64,000 bases of DNA. Source: Botryllus schlosseri. Lineage: Eukaryota. The position numbers and the translations under genes are program-made. Where the stretch lies: the NCBI GenBank assembly GCA_051294905.1, contig CM119381.1:16740001-16804000 (forward strand), given 5' to 3'. Positions within the stretch are counted from its first letter, which is position 1, and every line of letters starts with the position of its first letter. A model generated the notes under the pieces. It saw nothing but the letters and a program-made list of their open reading frames with translations. It was not told the DNA's origin and made no database searches. Shown here one piece after another: positions 61,501 to 64,000 of this stretch.

Positions 61501-64000
61501 GCTCATAATCTGAAAATTGAATTAACTGTGTTCGATAGGAGATTCAATAGGACTGCACTCCACATTTGTCAATGTATGATAATCATCATGATTCACTGAA
61601 CCTACTGCCATCAAAGAATTTACCTATTTCGTTAACAATATAGGCTACCAGCTATAAGATAAGTGATTAAAAAAATAGCATCAGGTTTACTACTGAGACA
61701 ACTCTCAGTCACGTCAGTCAATAAAAATGTGCTTTTCGTCATGATTGTGTTAAGAGAACTTACACATAGCCTACTAGAAGACAATTCACTCATATCAGTG
61801 AGAGCATGCTCCGCTGCTCTGGGCCCTATATACTCGAAACAACATACATCAGCACTGGGCCTGAGTTGGTTGCTTCAAACAAGCTTAGCGAGCCGGGGAT
61901 TGCCTTTGAAACTGAACAAATTATCATTTCCCTGAATTATAGTAATGTCAGAGATAGATTTGAGATTTTTTCAGCAAAAAATGCCCCAGGCCTGTCAGCC
62001 ATGAATAGAATATTAGGTGTCTACAATGATTCGTTTGTAAGACGGCACTATGAGAGCAGAACTTATGAGCTGCTGTGAAAAACATTTGTAAACGCAGAAA
62101 TCCAAAGCACATGAAGGAATTTAATACACTACCAACAATCTTCAGACACATTTTGCACAATCATTTCATGCCTCCTCCCACATTATGATTCACCGACGAT
62201 GACACAAATGACGTTAATGCAGCAGGGTGTTTAAATCTTAATAATGGATTCGCATTTGATGACGGTCATTAGGTCTATACATAAAAGCATTGATGCATAT
62301 GACTGAATTAGAATATCACAGATCGAGTCATACCCTTAAATGCAACAATTGGAATAGGTAGGCAGAGTACATTCAAAGTAGCTGAGGTGATGATAACATC
62401 TTGATATGTTTACAACCTACACATTTTTTTAACGAAATTTTTCCCAATCACACTTATACACGGTAAAAAACTGGGTAGTGCCGGGCTGCTATTTCAGTTG
62501 CTACACACTGCTCATTTCCTAGTATTTGGTTCTGCGATAGGATTGAAAGCCCAAAACAGATAAGTGATTTGTATAACCCGAGGCCACATTTTGAAAGGAA
62601 ATTAATGCTCATTAATAAAACGTGTTCGCAGATATTAACCTGATGCCTGTAGTAAATTCACTATTGTAGCTCACGGACGAGCTATCAACTACAACATATA
62701 AAACCATGATTGTAACACCGAGGAATTTCTAACAATGTCTTCGACTGCAAATCTTCACCAGAACTTGAAGGAATTGCAAGAATAAGCCGAACCCCACTGT
62801 AATCACCCTGTCCACATCCAAGCACTATGGATGGCCGTTGGTTTGGTTGTATACAGTATTGTACTACTTGGTGAATAACAAACAACCCTAGACACCTGTG
62901 AGCCGAGTTGATCAATATAAGCTGTCAATTTTTCAAGGAGATACCCAGCTGCATTCCACTTCGACCAAACTTAAGCCTAAAGTATGCAGTTATTATTGTA
63001 ATGTTCCGTTGCCTTCAGAAAATAATGGTATACATCAATGAACAACACCTGTGACTTGTGAGGAACCTTGGCGCTATGCTGAATTACCCTGAATATATAG
63101 GTAACCACTTTATGCAGCAATATTCGCCTGGTGTCAATGAGAAGCCGATGGGTTATATTCAGAGATTTTGACATGTAACCAAGATTTATGGTGATATTAC
63201 GAAATATACGTAGAAAGAAAGGTTACGACGCCTTAGTTCGGAGAGATTGGTCTCAAAATATGATTGAAAATGGGCATGAAGCTTTATTAGATTGTGGTGC
63301 GTCAAGACGACAATTTTGCAATCATTGGAATTTTCAGTCGATACAAACTCGATAAAACCAGCATTTTCTATTAGCTTTGTGGGATGACGCAATCTAACTT
63401 TACACAACTAATGAGAGGTGTAATATCGCAAGCAAAATTTCAGTAACAAGAGAAAAATTCCAAACACCAGCTGATCGACAAGTGCCTACACAAATATTTA
63501 CAGAAAACCCAATGCCTATGAAGGGGGAGATAACGAGGGATTACTTTGAGAGATAATATTTGAAATACACCCGGGTCAAAATCATTCGCCGCGGAAATAT
63601 TACAGTAACGACGGTCGAGAAATGAATTTTCGCGAAACGGCAGATCATCCTATCCAATATTGACATAGCGTCAGGACACCGTGGTGTAAACGTCACTCTC
63701 TGTCACGCAATTTGTAATAATTCCCTAGCGTCGCCACACAAGCAAGTGTACACAAGGTAAGTGCTCGCAAGATCGAAACACACATACACACACGCGTCAT
63801 TCCACAACAAGAAATACAAACTATTCAACTTATTACAGCAGATTCCTTTGTTGAGAACATACGCTTCGGAGATTTTAAAATGGCAATGAATCCAGCCATG
63901 ACCTGAAAGCGTCGAGTCAACACCATGTTTCTACAGCAACTTGGCTAACATTACAGACGAAGCAGCTAAACATAAATTACAATTGTTCCCAGAAGGCAGC

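Overview
This is eukaryotic genomic DNA. The many ~60-nt GT-AG introns, AT-rich spacers, mosaic CpG pattern and dense MITE/SINE/LINE debris suggest an invertebrate chordate, probably an ascidian (inference). Five protein-coding genes are well supported and a sixth is partial. Minus strand: a 26-exon WDHD1/AND-1/Ctf4 gene (40848-14197, ~1121 aa; I reconstructed every exon by hand and all splice phases agree) and, just upstream of it, MAPKAPK2 with an intronless CDS. Plus strand, diverging from these: a tight trio of intronless PDHB, intronless IDH3G and a multi-exon DOK/IRS-type PH-PTB adaptor. At the right end is the large terminal exon of an unidentified CaaX-prenylated protein (minus). The first ~13.5 kb is mostly decayed RTE-like LINEs and hAT MITEs. 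The 3' introns of WDHD1 hold nested DNA transposons with intact target-site duplications (TSDs). Most interesting: (1) a candidate trans-spliced operon PDHB-IDH3G-DOK-like pairing two mitochondrial dehydrogenase subunits; (2) a perfect 56-bp hairpin carrying a minimal Penelope-type hammerhead ribozyme core, flanked by a 12-bp direct repeat; (3) a hAT MITE carrying two joined 28S rRNA fragments that end near the R2 target site; (4) a sharp CpG-depleted/CpG-rich switch inside WDHD1. All family assignments come from my recall of sequences; no database searches were run.
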